A DNA stretch of 64,000 nucleotides from Octopus sinensis. Its lineage: Eukaryota. The notes below the pieces were generated by a model. That model was not told where the DNA came from. It ran no database searches and was given only the letters and a program-made list of their open reading frames with translations. The first letter of the stretch is position 1. Each line of letters opens with the position of its first letter. Below, one piece after another: positions 24,731 to 37,396 of this stretch. A program made the position numbers and the translations under genes. Location of the stretch: the NCBI RefSeq assembly GCF_006345805.1, contig NC_042997.1, positions 71,238,001 through 71,302,000 on the forward strand, in the 5' to 3' direction.

Positions 24731-25128
24731 AGGCGGCGAGCTGGCAGAAACGTTAGCACGCCGGGCGAAATGCTTAGCGGTATTTCATCTGCCGTTACGT
24801 TGTGAGTTCAAATTCCGCTGAGGACGACTTCGCCTTTCATCTTTTCGGGGTCGATAAATTAAGTACCAGTTATGCATTGAGGTCAATGTAATCGACTTAA
24901 TCCGTTTGTCTGTCCTTGTTTGTCCCCTCTGTGTTTAGTCCCTTGTGGGTAGTAAAGAAATAGGTATTTCATCCGTCTATATGTTCTGAGTTCAAATTCC
25001 GCCGAGGTCGACTTCGCCTGTCATCATTTCGGGTTCGATAAATTAAGTATCAGTTGCGTACTTGGGTCGATCTAATCGACTGGCCCTCTCCCCCCAAAAC
25101 TTTCCAACTTTGTGTCTAGATTAGAAAA
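24731..25128 (+). mobile_element. SINE family A, dimeric form
   Basis: Head with A/B-box-like motifs (tggcagaaacg; gagttcaaattcc) and two copies of the gcctttcatc..gtcgataaattaagtaccag core joined by a taatccgtttgtctgtcc linker. Confidence 0.92.
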
Positions 25129-25179
25129 GTATCTTTATATATATACATATATACATACACACACACACACACACATATT

Positions 25180-25280
25180 CACGCCTGTCTATGTGGTAAG
25201 TTGGTTTTCCAATCATATGGTACCGGATTTAGTCCCGCTGCGTTGGCACATTGGGAGTACCTTCTGCTATATATATATAC

Positions 25281-25321
<41 letters not shown>

Positions 25322-25322
25322 T

Positions 25323-25370
<48 letters not shown>

Positions 25371-25387
25371 TTGATAGATAGATAGTG

Positions 25388-25449
<62 letters not shown>

Positions 25450-25600
25450 CAGACAGACATAGATAAATAGATATTCGAACCAGCGTAACGTAGTAGTTTG
25501 CTAAAGATATCGATAGAATAAGTACTAGAATTTCGCCTGAAATTTCCTCATGGCAGTTCTGCAGTATTGCTCCAGTCTAATTACTGAAACAAGCAAAACA
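25180..25600 (+). mobile_element. SINE family B, degenerate, internal tract expanded to (ATAG)n
   Basis: Head gtggtaagttg..ctgcgttggcac, tail atcgatagaataagtactag..actgaaacaag, with about 200 bp of (ATAG)n between them. Confidence 0.7.
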
Positions 25601-26096
25601 CACACACATACCGCATGACTATAACACTCAGAACATACAACCTCCGTTTGCTAATACATAGCAACGCCATTTTGATCCTACAGCATAGAATGATGGGCTG
25701 TTGTGTACCAAAACTACTTATTATCCAATAATTTGTGAATGAAACTTGGTTGATGGAAAATCTGCGTAAACCCATCGTAAACTCATGCATGAATGTGTAT
25801 GCATGTGTGTTTGGGCGTGTTTGTCTGAGTGTCTCTGTATGTATAGAGAGATACATATGCACACATTTGTAATTATATACATGTAGACATAACGTATATA
25901 TATGTATGTGTATATGTATATATGTGTAGTTCTTTGTATATATGCGTTGTGTGTGTGTGTTTGTATACATATATATAATATATATACATACATATATATA
26001 TATATATTATATATATATATATAATATATATGTATGTATATGTATATGTATATATGTATATATATATATATGTATGTATATGTATATGTATATGTA

Positions 26097-26129
<33 letters not shown>

Positions 26130-26619
26130 GTGCAGCTCTTTGTATGTGTGTGTGTGCGTGTGCGTATGTTTGTAGGTGTTGTCAGCACCGAGTATATTAA
26201 ACGTTTAATAAATGTCTAAGAAAAACGTTCAAACTTCATTTTCCTCTTCGATCCTGGTCATTATGTTGAATGCATCAGTGAGAAGCATGCTTGAGCAGGC
26301 TTTTCACCGTGCGTGCATCTGTATATATCATTAACGTTGTTACAATTTAATAACAAGGCTAACGAGACAGACGCAGAGGTAGATACGGAGAGAAAATAAA
26401 GTGGGGGGGGGATAAAGAGAGAAAAGACACCGAAGGAGGGAGAGTGATTGAGAAAGAAGTAGGCTAGCAGAGAGACAGACAGTCTGTGTAAAGAAATCAT
26501 AATTGGATAGTTAATTGAATGACTACCAATACATTTTCAATATCCGTTTCGTCTATATCTTTATCCTTCATGATCATGAACATCATTCCCATCGACGTCG
26601 TCCTTCTCCACGTCTTCTT

Positions 26620-26676
26620 CTTCCTCCTCTTCCTCCTTATCATCATCATCAGCTGCAGCAGCAGAAGAAGAAGAAA

Positions 26677-26722
<46 letters not shown>

Positions 26723-26866
26723 AGCAGCACAGCAATGCTGTCATTACTGATACAATCACCATCACCTCCACCACCAATTACCGCCACTACCATGACGACT
26801 ATTACTAGTAACACTATTGACGATATAATAATCATAACAATAATAATAATAATAATAATAATAATG

Positions 26867-26905
<39 letters not shown>

Positions 26906-26920
26906 GTAATAATAGTAATA

Positions 26921-26959
<39 letters not shown>

Positions 26960-27021
26960 TAATAATAATAATATAATAATAATAATAATGATGATAATAA
27001 TAATAGTAATAATAATAATAA

Positions 27022-27118
<97 letters not shown>

Positions 27119-27146
27119 TAATAATAATAATAATATAATAATAATG

Positions 27147-27206
<60 letters not shown>

Positions 27207-27211
27207 TAATA

Positions 27212-27265
<54 letters not shown>

Positions 27266-27267
27266 TA

Positions 27268-27323
<56 letters not shown>

Positions 27324-27330
27324 AATTATG
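26620..27330. repeat. Compound (ATC)/(CAG)/(AAT)n microsatellite with a ~500-bp (AAT)n array
   Basis: Directly visible. Confidence 0.97.
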
Positions 27331-27335
27331 ATAAT

Positions 27336-27730
27336 TTCTACTAAAAGCAGAATGCCTGAAATTTGGTGGGAGGGAACTAGTCGATTACATCGACCCCAGT
27401 GTTTCACTGATACTTAATTTATCGACCCCAAAAGGATGAAAAGCAAAGTTGTCCTTGGTGGAATTTGAACTCAGAATGTGAAGTCATACAAATTACCTAT
27501 TACTTTACTACCCACAAGGGGCTACACACAGAGGGGACAACCAAGGACAGACAAACGGATTAAGTTGATTACATCGACCCCAATACGTAACCGGTACTTA
27601 ATTTATCGACCCCGAAAGGATGAACGGCAAAGTCGACCTCGGCGGAATTTGAACTCAGAACGTAACGGCAGACGAAATACCGCAAAGCATTTTGCCCGGC
27701 GTGCTAACGTTTCTGCCAGCTCGCTGCCTT
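27336..27730 (-). mobile_element. SINE family A, dimeric form
   Basis: Reverse complement of the 24731/62833 structure, including the linker. Confidence 0.92.
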
Positions 27731-28039
27731 AATAATAATAATGATCATAACAAAAATGGTTTCTTTTAAATGTCGCCGTTGAAGGGAACAATACAACGGA
27801 AGTCGTAACGTGTAGAGATTTACATAGAACGGATTGATTTAAAACATATATGTACATAGCATACAGAATTAACAAAATGTAATTAATGCTAGTATACACG
27901 GTACACAGCATAAGAAAAGTGATGATGATGCAATCCCCTTGTTACAGGGTTTCAAGGTTAATCGATTTACCCAAAAACCTAAGATCTTCCTAAGCACCAA
28001 GGGCAGGTGCTGTCTCTAAATTTTGTTCTCCGACTTACA

Positions 28040-28300
28040 GGCTTTCACTTCGAACGGTGCCATGCACTCATGCCATTTTCACCACTTTCAAAAAATCCCT
28101 CGAGGACTGCACCTCCTTCTCCACCATCACTTTTGACTTTAAGTAAAACTTGAGAAGTCGATGAGGTCTCTCCAAAAAGGAAACTCTCTACACTCAAAGC
28201 TGGCAGCCTTATCCACCATCCGACTTCTTTCGCTATAGCCACCAGAGAAAGGAAAAATGTTTTCTCTGTCCGATTAAAGAAGATGCACAGCATATACTAC
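28040..28300 (-). mobile_element. L1/Tx1 ORF2 3' remnant
   Basis: FFLSLVAIAKEVGWWIRL..ESFLFG matches FICLVALIIKVV at 54385-54900. Confidence 0.6.
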
Positions 28301-29416
28301 TAGTAATACTACTTTGCCTAGAGAGGGAGTCTCTACGTAATCACGTAAGCCGCCAAAAATTTTAACTAAATCATCCTGAATTACTTGCTGTACTAGAAGG
28401 AAAGAATTCTACTGCATTTTATGAAATATTATATTCATCATTATTTTATCCATTTTTTTTTTTTACTGGGATAAATTAATATTTAATATTCTATAACAGA
28501 AAATTGTGCTTACATCTAGAATGCCGGTCAAACCATGAATTCCAGGCATAGAAATCTCCTTGTCAGGACATATGAATGGCATCAGAGAATAACAAAAGTG
28601 AAAACACACCAAGAACCTTAAAATCCTTACAAAAGTGCAACACAATGTCTTCAAAATACTTAGAAAAACTACCAATTAACAATTAGAATTCATTTGTAAT
28701 CTATAATCTGAAAGCTTTTATTATTTAACATGTGGCATTCATGTAGGAATAACTTAACGTTTTTGTAACTGCAACTCTGATCAATCACCATTAAAAGTTG
28801 TATTCAACTCAGTTCAGACCATTTTACAGCGGAGTGGACCTACAACATATATGAGGAAAAAACTTGCAGTCAATACATTGATACTACAAATAATACCCGC
28901 AGTCTAACAAAGAACGACAATAGACAAGAAATATTAATAAACTTTCTGAAAAACAAACATGAAGCATACCAATTTAATAAACATATACATATATACCACC
29001 ATTATACTCAACAAGTAATCCCCAAAATTACTCCCTGTCCCCAGCTGCAGCTCTTTAACATCCATAAACACCGTCAGTAATAGAGATGTCAATTCACACT
29101 TTGGTTTTCGAAGTGATAATATACTCTCCTTACATCCTAAACACACCAAAACAGAGCCTTTTCCAAACCGACAATATATCCATACACGTAAACTGCCCAC
29201 TATAACTACTTAGCTAACAATTTCTTTGCCATTTACAATCCTAGATTCTGTTGGTTGCAGTAGCATGGTAGGCAAGCGCTTGACTCAGTCTGAGAATGCC
29301 AGTTAGTGTTCTGCAAATATTTTTTAGGAGTGTGCATTCCAGCACAGTTTTTGGAGCTAATGAGGTTACTGATGTTGCAGCTATTCTTGACTTGACGTGT
29401 TAATATTTATATCAGC

Positions 29417-29630
29417 TGAAAGCGACGAGCTGGCAGAATCGTTATGGCGCCGGGATAGATTGCTTTGCAAATTTCTTCCGACTTTTCTAAATTCAAATGG
29501 CCGCCGGTGTAGACTTTGCCTTTCATCCTCTCGTAGTCGATAAAATAGGTACATGTTGAACACTGGGATCGATGTAATCGACTTTCCCCCTTTCCCCGAA
29601 ATTATTGTGCTATAATTTTAAAACCAATAT
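29417..29630 (+). mobile_element. SINE family A monomer, diverged
   Basis: gcgacgagctggcagaatcgtta head and gactttgcctttcatcct..gtcgataaaataggtac core. Confidence 0.85.
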
Positions 29631-29752
29631 TTTTCACTTGAATGGTTATAAGATGATGTTGCAATCGTGTTCTTAGGTGTGGTATATGTTTCTATATATG
29701 TGGAGGCAATTTTTTAAGTAGTTGCATAGATGCAATGACATGGTATAAAGAG

Positions 29753-31165
29753 CCTGGGTTCTAATTCCTAAAGTATTTTTCGATTGCCTGGAATCGAACT
29801 CAGAATCTTGAGGTTAGTAACGCGCGCTCTTAACCACTATACCATATGCCTGTGGGCAATTATGGAGCGAATTTTAGGGCTATAAATCTAATATTTTCCT
29901 ATCCTTCCTTAGTACCGGTTCCCATATACTAATCATATTTGCACTCAGTCTGCTTAGGAGGTTGTTGTGTCCTAGCATATGTGCTGCTTATTTTAGTTTT
30001 CGCACTTTCCAGTGGTGTTCTCTGTCTATTATTTTAATTTCACCCCACAACGGGAGGTGGTCTCCATTTTTCCATACATGATCAGCTATACCTGATTTAT
30101 CAATATCTCCTCATGTCACAGATTTGTAATGTTCCTCTACCCTTATTTTGAGGGGGTGGCATGTATCGCTTTTATATAACCTACCACAGCTGCATGGGAT
30201 GAAGCACACGCAGTTTTTGGTCATATTCTATTCTACTGGTGGTTTTACTCGAAGGAGATATTTGCAAAGTGTTGTATTACTCTTGAATACTGTTCAGATT
30301 TTATATAGGCCGCATATCTTTTGTATCTTTTCGGAGAGGTCTTTCACATAGGGTAGACAGACTGTGGATGGTTTATTGGTTTCATCCTCTCTTTTCTTCA
30401 CAATTGGAGTGGTTAGTATGTTTTTGGGGTAGTTGTTGCTTAATAGATTGTTATTGAGCTTGATAATTTCTTCGTGGTGTGTATCACGATCGCCACTTAT
30501 ATTCTTCGCTCGATGTTTTAGGCACTGAGCAATCCCTCTTTTTACACTGAATGGATAGTGGGAATTGATGTTGTAGTATCGTCCAGTGAAGGTCGGCTTG
30601 CGGTATACGGATGCCCTGAATCCATACTTGGTGTGTGTTATTAATACGTCCAGGAATGCTAGCTGATTGTCTTTTTTTCCTTTTCCATTGTGAACTGTAT
30701 GGATGACTTTATTGAGTTCGCATAATCTAACATAGTTTGCACATCTTTCTGGTGGGATCAGAGAATAAAGATGCCATCAACATATTGCAGCTGTAGGGTA
30801 GGTTTTAGTGGTGTTGATCCTAAAGCCATATTCTCAAAGTTTTCCATGTATATATTGGCTATTATCGGTGATAATGGCGAACCCATAGCTGCTAGACCCT
30901 CTTCTTTTCGATATATATCAGTGTCCATACTGAAGTAGGTAGTTTCTACACAGAAGATCAACATTTCCATCAAGTTTCTCATTGGCATTCTAGTGCGTTC
31001 CTTTTAGATGGGTGTCTGTCACTAGTTTCTCTTGAATCACCCATAGTGCTTCAGCAGTTGGGACTTTGGTGAACAGACTTATCACAGCTAGACTCACCAT
31101 CTGATTGGATTCAATGGGGGCATCCTTGATCAATTCTATGAAGTGGGTGGAATTCTTCACGACAA
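29753..31165 (-). mobile_element. Penelope/Poseidon-type PLE, 5'-truncated, degenerate
   Basis: VKNSTHFIELIK, VISLFTKVP, AMGSPLSPIIANIYME, QYVDGIF and a degenerate GIY-YIG (NCVCFIPCSCGRLYKS..SGIADHVW). The ORF ends near 29880. Confidence 0.92.
29784..29852 (-). other. tRNA-like (Pol III A/B box) segment directly downstream of the Penelope ORF
   Basis: GGCATATGGTATAGTGGTTAAGAGCGCGCGTTACTAACCTCAAGATTCTGAGTTCGATTCCAGGC has an A-box (TGGTATAGTGG) and a B-box (GTTCGATTC). The cloverleaf is imperfect, so it is not a functional tRNA. Confidence 0.75.
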
Positions 31166-34100
31166 ATCTGTTCGGAATAGTGCACGCCTGCGCGTTACCG
31201 ACAAGCTTAAAGACAAGCGCCAACCTCATGGCTAAGATATTAGCCAAAATTTTATAATCTGCGTTTAGGAGAGTTACAGGCCTAAGAATTATCTATTTGA
31301 TTCCCCTTGTTCGGGTCCTTTCTCAGCAGCAATACTACGCCACGGCTCATAGCACTGGATATTATATCTTTCTGCTGCAAGTTGTGATGGACATCCGCCA
31401 AAAGATGGCCAAGCAAGTTTGGCATATGGATATAAAGATCGAAGGGCAAACTATCCATCACGGGAGACAGCCTCCACCTCACGCACTACATCATAGAGAG
31501 GGTAGGAAGGAACCTGGCATGGGTGGGTCTCTGATCAATTTGGATCAATAAAAGGCCTTCGACAGGATCAACCATCAATACTTGGAGGCAGTCTTCGTGG
31601 CGGCCAGTTTTGGTCCCGTTTTCAGAGGCTGGATCGTGGTCAAACTAAACGGCCATCTAACGGAATCGTTTAGCATCGCTCGCTCGGTCCGTCAAAGATT
31701 CCCACTGTCTCCTCTTCTGTACGTGCTGGCTCTCGAGCCATTACTGAGAAAGTAGGATACTTCGAGGGGCAACCAGCGTGATTTAGGATGCGTCCTGTAT
31801 GTCTTCGGCTGTTATCGGCATTTTGCAGAACTCCGCATCCCTGGCCTAAAGGCGCGGCATGTCATTGAGATAGGAGGTGAAATCCACCTCCTTCCTTCAC
31901 ACCTCGTGCACCCCAAACAATTCAGCGAAGTGCTGCTAAAATACCGTACACATCTTCTTGGACGCGTGTAGCATATGCTATTCCCGGATTGTCAAAGACC
32001 GAATTGTGGCTTTGTTTCCACGTTGCACCTCTGTCGTTCGGGTCCATCGAGCGGTTTTCGTCCCTTCATGTCTTAGAACACGCGCCCTAGATATGACAAC
32101 GCAATCTTCATGCTTGGCACGTCAGTCGTGATGCCTCACCTAAGCTCCTCTTCTAGCCTTCTAACTAACTCTCCCTCTTTCCACAAATGTTATTTCCTTA
32201 CTAAATCTTACTGCCTCTACTCTAATAACCCTTTTTAGGGCTATCCACCAACGGCTGTTGCCGATTGCCCCAGCCAACTTCCGATGGACTAACTCGCTCA
32301 CCCGGTTTCTGAATGATTGACGCGCTGGGAAAGCTGGGTCCTGGCTATCACAAATTTGTAGTCTGTGTAGCCGATGACTTTGAACTGTGGACAGTATGCT
32401 ACTTCTATCTACTGGCCTACAGAATACCCTATCTAAATACGATCTGGAAATCCCGGTTTGTTCGCCAATGTTCACATTGATGCATTCGGGAAATCCAGTC
32501 GGTACCTGTCAGCCAATTGGAAACGACTGAGCAAGCTTGTGAGGCTTTTTCACCCCACTCTCCTATCGGTTAGCCCCACCCTGTCCAGGCGTGCATCCAG
32601 CATGGCGTTCCAATTGCCCACTAAAACTAAAGGGTGAGATGTCCCAAAGAAAACTCCCACACGTCTGAAGAAATCTGGCTGCCTAGCCCCGGTTGGTACA
32701 CAGCGACTAGTCTGAAAGCACTACCTTCGCTGCCACTCGCATCCAGGACCACCAAATTACCTTCCGGATCGAGGAAAATAGTCCATACCTCGGGATCTAG
32801 GCCTTTCCTAAACAGCACTTCCACCCCGCCTCCCATTCCAGGCCGACTAAAAGATGCGTAGATCTCAAAATCGTCGAAAATGGGAGCCAGATCACGTATG
32901 TCAGAAATCCTGGTTTTGCTGACGGCCGCCACATCCATAGATAGTGACCTGAGGCCGTTGAGCAGATGCTCCTGCTTCCAGGGCGACCCCAGGCCAAGAA
33001 TATTTGCACAGCCAACTCTAATCAAATGTCGCATTTAAGCTTTCTGCCTTCTACTCAAATCAACCCCATTGGGCAGCTGTATAAGGTCCGGGATTTCTTC
33101 CATGTTTTCCGGCTTCACAAGAAGCAGGATTTCTATTGTTATCTCGGACCAGTTTCCCCTGCTGCTCCGTTTCCCCTCTAGGAGTGAGTCCGAATCCTCT
33201 ACCACACACGCTACGATACACCAGACATTCATGCCTGGTATTTTTTATTCTGGCAGTTCTTTTTGAGAGGTAGATTTGGAACAGAACCCACTCCTTACTC
33301 CATGGGAACGTTGCTGCACGTTTACGTGCAAGTACCTCACTTCTGAAGAGGACGTCGATGCTGACATACTGTCTGCTTCTTTGTAAATGGTCCACGTCTT
33401 CTAAAATGTCCTACAGAACCACCTCCACTTGACATGTAGATGTTGTTTCTACTCGCCTGCTCTAGCGAGACACATTTAAAATAGATAGCTATTTTCCCAC
33501 CTCATTTAAAGCGATTCACTGAGTACAAGAACGACTGCTTTAACCCGCTCCATTTTATGGGTTTTTTGGGGGAAGAGGGGCTTGGGCCAATTCTTTTGTG
33601 CTATCATCTAGGGCCAGCGGAAACATTTATTTCTAAAAGCTGGCTACATCGGAAAATTTGTTAAAATTCGTAGAAATATTGTTTTGTTTGGTGTATTTTA
33701 TATTATTTAACTTTGTCGTTGTTTGTGGTGATTTCTGTTTCGCAGGTATCAATCATGGCCGTAGGGGTGTTACTGTTATTTCTACTATCTTCTGTCTCTC
33801 TCTTTTCTATCTTCACATTCCTACTGTTGTTGCTACTAATTTCACATTCTTCACGAGCTCTCACATTGCTTAGGATGTTGTTGCTGTTGTTGTCGCTTGG
33901 GGTGAGTTATATGGAGGGGGGATATCTTCTTCTGTGGGAGGGCTTGTGGGAGGACCGGCTTTCCCCCTCACGTTGATTGTTGATGCCGATGGTAGTGGTG
34001 ATGATGGCGCCATCTTGTGTATTTGTGTTTTTTCTGAGTGCAATAGATAATCGGATGAATAAATATTGGCCTTTACGGGGTAGAAACAACAACTGATCAC

Positions 34101-34242
34101 CTGCCAAAGGGTTCCTGGTGTTCTTATTGTCAGTTTGTAACAAAAAATAATAACATATATTTGTAAAGACAGGGTGAAAAACGCAGTTTAAAGTATAACT
34201 TACGAAGCGTGTTCGAAACAACGTCTTACGTATTCCGCGGCA

Positions 34243-34243
<1 letters not shown>
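31166..34243 (-). mobile_element. L1/Tx1-clade LINE with 5' UTR, ORF1, APE endonuclease and RT start; 3' part missing; internal inversion
   Basis: ORF1 pieces (DHLQRSRQYVSIDVLF, EIPDLIQLPNG), APE (VGCANILGLG..GGGVEVLFRKG..FRLVAVY) and RT (PITAEDIQDA, RPVTLLNADYKILA). The putative 5' end abuts (TAA)n at 34243. Confidence 0.85.
31475..31790 (+). mobile_element. Inverted L1/Tx1 RT segment (subdomains 3-4)
   Basis: Plus strand reads YIIERVGRKEPGMGGSLINLDQ*KAFDRINH..SVRQRFPLSPLLYVLALEPLL, opposite in orientation to the flanking L1 pieces. Confidence 0.88.
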
Positions 34244-34321
<78 letters not shown>

Positions 34322-34391
34322 TAATAGTAGTAGTAGTAATAATAATAATAATAATAACAATAATAATATTAATAATAATAATAATAATAAT

Positions 34392-34459
<68 letters not shown>

Positions 34460-34473
34460 TAATAGTAGTAGTA

Positions 34474-34522
<49 letters not shown>

Positions 34523-34530
34523 CAACAATA
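34244..34530. repeat. (AAT)n compound microsatellite
   Basis: Directly visible. Confidence 0.97.
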
Positions 34531-35903
34531 CTGACGGTGGTGGTCCTGCTACTGTTTCTACAGATACACATACATACACAAACACACATACATGCACATA
34601 CATATATATATACATACATATATATATGTGTGTGTGTGTGTGTGTGCGTATGCGTGTGTGTGTGTTGTGTAAGTGTGTGTGTATGTGTGTGTGTGCGCGT
34701 GTGCATATATTTAAGTTTATTAATATAAAATGCAAGAGTAAAGGACAAATTAAGAAACGTAGGTGTCAAAATAATTGTCAAGTGAAACGAATCAAGCCGG
34801 CTTGGCGGGGGTTTTGCTTTGTGGTGGTTTTAATGAAAAGATTTAGCTGAGAAGAAGAAAATCACCAACAATGACAAGAAATGGAAACAATTCAACAATT
34901 AATATAACAAAACAACTGCTCTATTATATGACTGCAACGTCTATGATAATAAGAAGAAAAGAAAGGATCATAAAGGGAAAGTAAAACGTAAGGAGAAAAA
35001 GTGATATATGGAAGAAGAAAATGATGATGATGATGATGATGATGATGATAAAAGCGACGACGATGACAACAGTGACTTGTGGTCGGGGTTGTGTAGATTA
35101 GTCATGATAATGATCGACATCTTTGTTGTCGTTGTCATCATCACGATCATCATGAGCACGATAAACACTGTCACCATCGCCACCGACCCCGTCCCCCTTT
35201 TGCACTCTCGCTAGTAATACCATTACCACTACTGCCACCACTACCATGACTACTACCACCACTACTCCCATCTCGATCACCATTACCACAAAAACATCGT
35301 CATCATCATCGTCATCGTCGTCGTCATCACCATTCCATAAAATAAATTTTGCTATCTTTAGTTTCTTCCAAACGTTGTACATTTCAAATGCGACACGACT
35401 TTTCATATCTTCATAAATATTCGGTTCTAAACTACCGAAAAACAAATTCTGTGTCGCGTTCTACTTCACAACCATTCAAATGTAATCATCTTTTGCTCAG
35501 TGTCAGGACTTGCTCCTTTTTGCCGTTTATTTGTATCGCCAAGCTATTGCTATTTCACATGCTTCCTCTAACTGTTTAGGGGATAGTTTTCAATTTATGA
35601 AAGAACGTGGATTTTAGAATTTTGTCATCGGAATGCCTACTGAAAAGACATCGGAGTTTATCTAAGATTTTCAGTACTCTCATGATTAATTCCATTAAGA
35701 TATTAAAAATGAAGTGGTGGACAGCATGCTACTTTCTTTCGGGTGGAGTCGTAGTTTAAACAAATCGGTCAGATAACCATCCATAATTACGATATATTCG
35801 TATTTGAGATAAAGTCCTCAATCATTCACATCACTTAGGGATATGCACCAACTGCTGTCATTCTGTTGTAAAGAGGCCTCCTTCAGATTATTTTCAAGGT
35901 AGG

Positions 35904-36125
35904 TTAACCCTTAACCATTTACACCTGTCATATCAGGCGCAAATATTCAACATATTATATGTACAAGCTGGCCAGATCCGGCCTCTCACACCTAACAATG
36001 TCAATCTAAAAATATACACCCACATCCCTGAAATTTCAAAGCTACGAGATAATGTATGATTAATTCAAACCAATTTAAATAAATCAGCATTATATTTGAC
36101 AGAATAATCTAAATGCTAAAGTCAT
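35904..36125. mobile_element. Probable TTAA-type (piggyBac-like) MITE, diverged
   Basis: Starts TTAACCCTTAACCATTTA and ends TAAATGCTAAAG (imperfect inverted repeat). About 220 bp and non-coding. Confidence 0.45.
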
Positions 36126-36169
36126 TGAAGTTCAAGCATAAGGAGACATGATTAGACATTTCTACAATA

Positions 36170-36367
36170 GGCTCAAGACCTGAAATTTTAGGATAGGGGT
36201 CTAGTCGATTGCATCGACCCCAGTGCTCAACTAGTATTTATTTTAACGACCCCGAAATGATAAAAGCGAGATCAATCTTGGCAGAATTGTACTCTCAAAT
36301 GCCGGAAGAAATTCCGGTAATCATTTTGTTCGGTGTGCAAACGATTATGCAATCACGCCACCTTCTG
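36170..36367 (-). mobile_element. SINE family A monomer, diverged
   Basis: agtcgattgcatcgaccccagtgctcaactagta..cgaccccgaaatgataaaagc is the reverse complement of the family A core. Confidence 0.8.
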
Positions 36368-36792
36368 TCTTACTATAATAATGTCATCAACTTTGCAACT
36401 ACTAATTCCAATAGTTTCAAATTAGTTCGTGAAATGGAATGCATGTGTATAAGAACGTACAGTATAATTAGTGATAAATATGGTACCAGGCATACAAACA
36501 CAGTTTGTGAAGCTCATTTTGAGCTGTGGTTCTCAACCGGGGTCTATATGGTCCTTCAGGATCCATATAATTGACCCGTATATTGATTCGTCCAATATGT
36601 AAAATGAGTAAAAAGAAACAAGAGACGCAAAAATTAGAGGAATAATTTTTATTGCCTTATTTTACTAATACAGTGAAAAGAATTCCAGGGAAATTGCTGT
36701 GTTAGAATGTTACGTAGAACCGTAGAACACACGCAGAGGTGCGAGAGTCAACTGGGTCCTAGCGCTAGTCTTCATGTATGTATATATGTATG

Positions 36793-36826
<34 letters not shown>

Positions 36827-37365
36827 TGTATGTATGCATGTATGTATGTATGTATGTATGTATGTATGTATGTATGTATGTATGTATGTATGTATATATA
36901 TATGTGTATATATATGTGTATATATATATATATATATATAATACACTTATATACCGGTGTGTATGTATGTGCGTATGTATAACCAGATAAAAATACACTC
37001 GTATAAATACATGCATGTACAAAGACACGAATAAATGTGTATAGATATGCATATGAATATATATATGTTCATGCACATGTCCGTAGGCGAACATGTACAC
37101 AGAGATAAGCACACGCGCCCACACACATGTATGTAACAGAATTGTATATATATATATATATATATACACACGCATAAATACATATCTCTGCTAAATATTA
37201 ATACACACACATATACACATTCACGTTATCTAGCTATTCATCTATCTCCCTAACAACATATATATATATATATATGTTTAAAACTGATATAAAAGTACCA
37301 TTGTTATTATTTACAGGATTGTAAATCACGGTGCCGTAATGAAAAACCATTCGCACCGAAATATG

Positions 37366-37396
<31 letters not shown>

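Noticed and set aside
26261-26330. THGEKP, resembling a C2H2 zinc-finger linker
   Set aside because: No flanking C2H2 fingers, and a stop follows shortly.
28170-28330. Plus-strand CFLCPIKEDAQH zinc-knuckle-like peptide
   Set aside because: The minus strand matches the Tx1 C-terminus seen elsewhere in the window, so the plus-strand motif is probably coincidental.
29784-29852. Possible tRNA gene
   Set aside because: The acceptor, anticodon and T stems do not pair properly, so it is tRNA-derived only.
33745-33900. Signal-peptide-like exon (MAVGVLLLFLL..) with AG/GT boundaries
   Set aside because: It lies antisense to the low-complexity N-terminus of the Tx1 ORF1, and the hydrophobicity comes from the complementary repeats.
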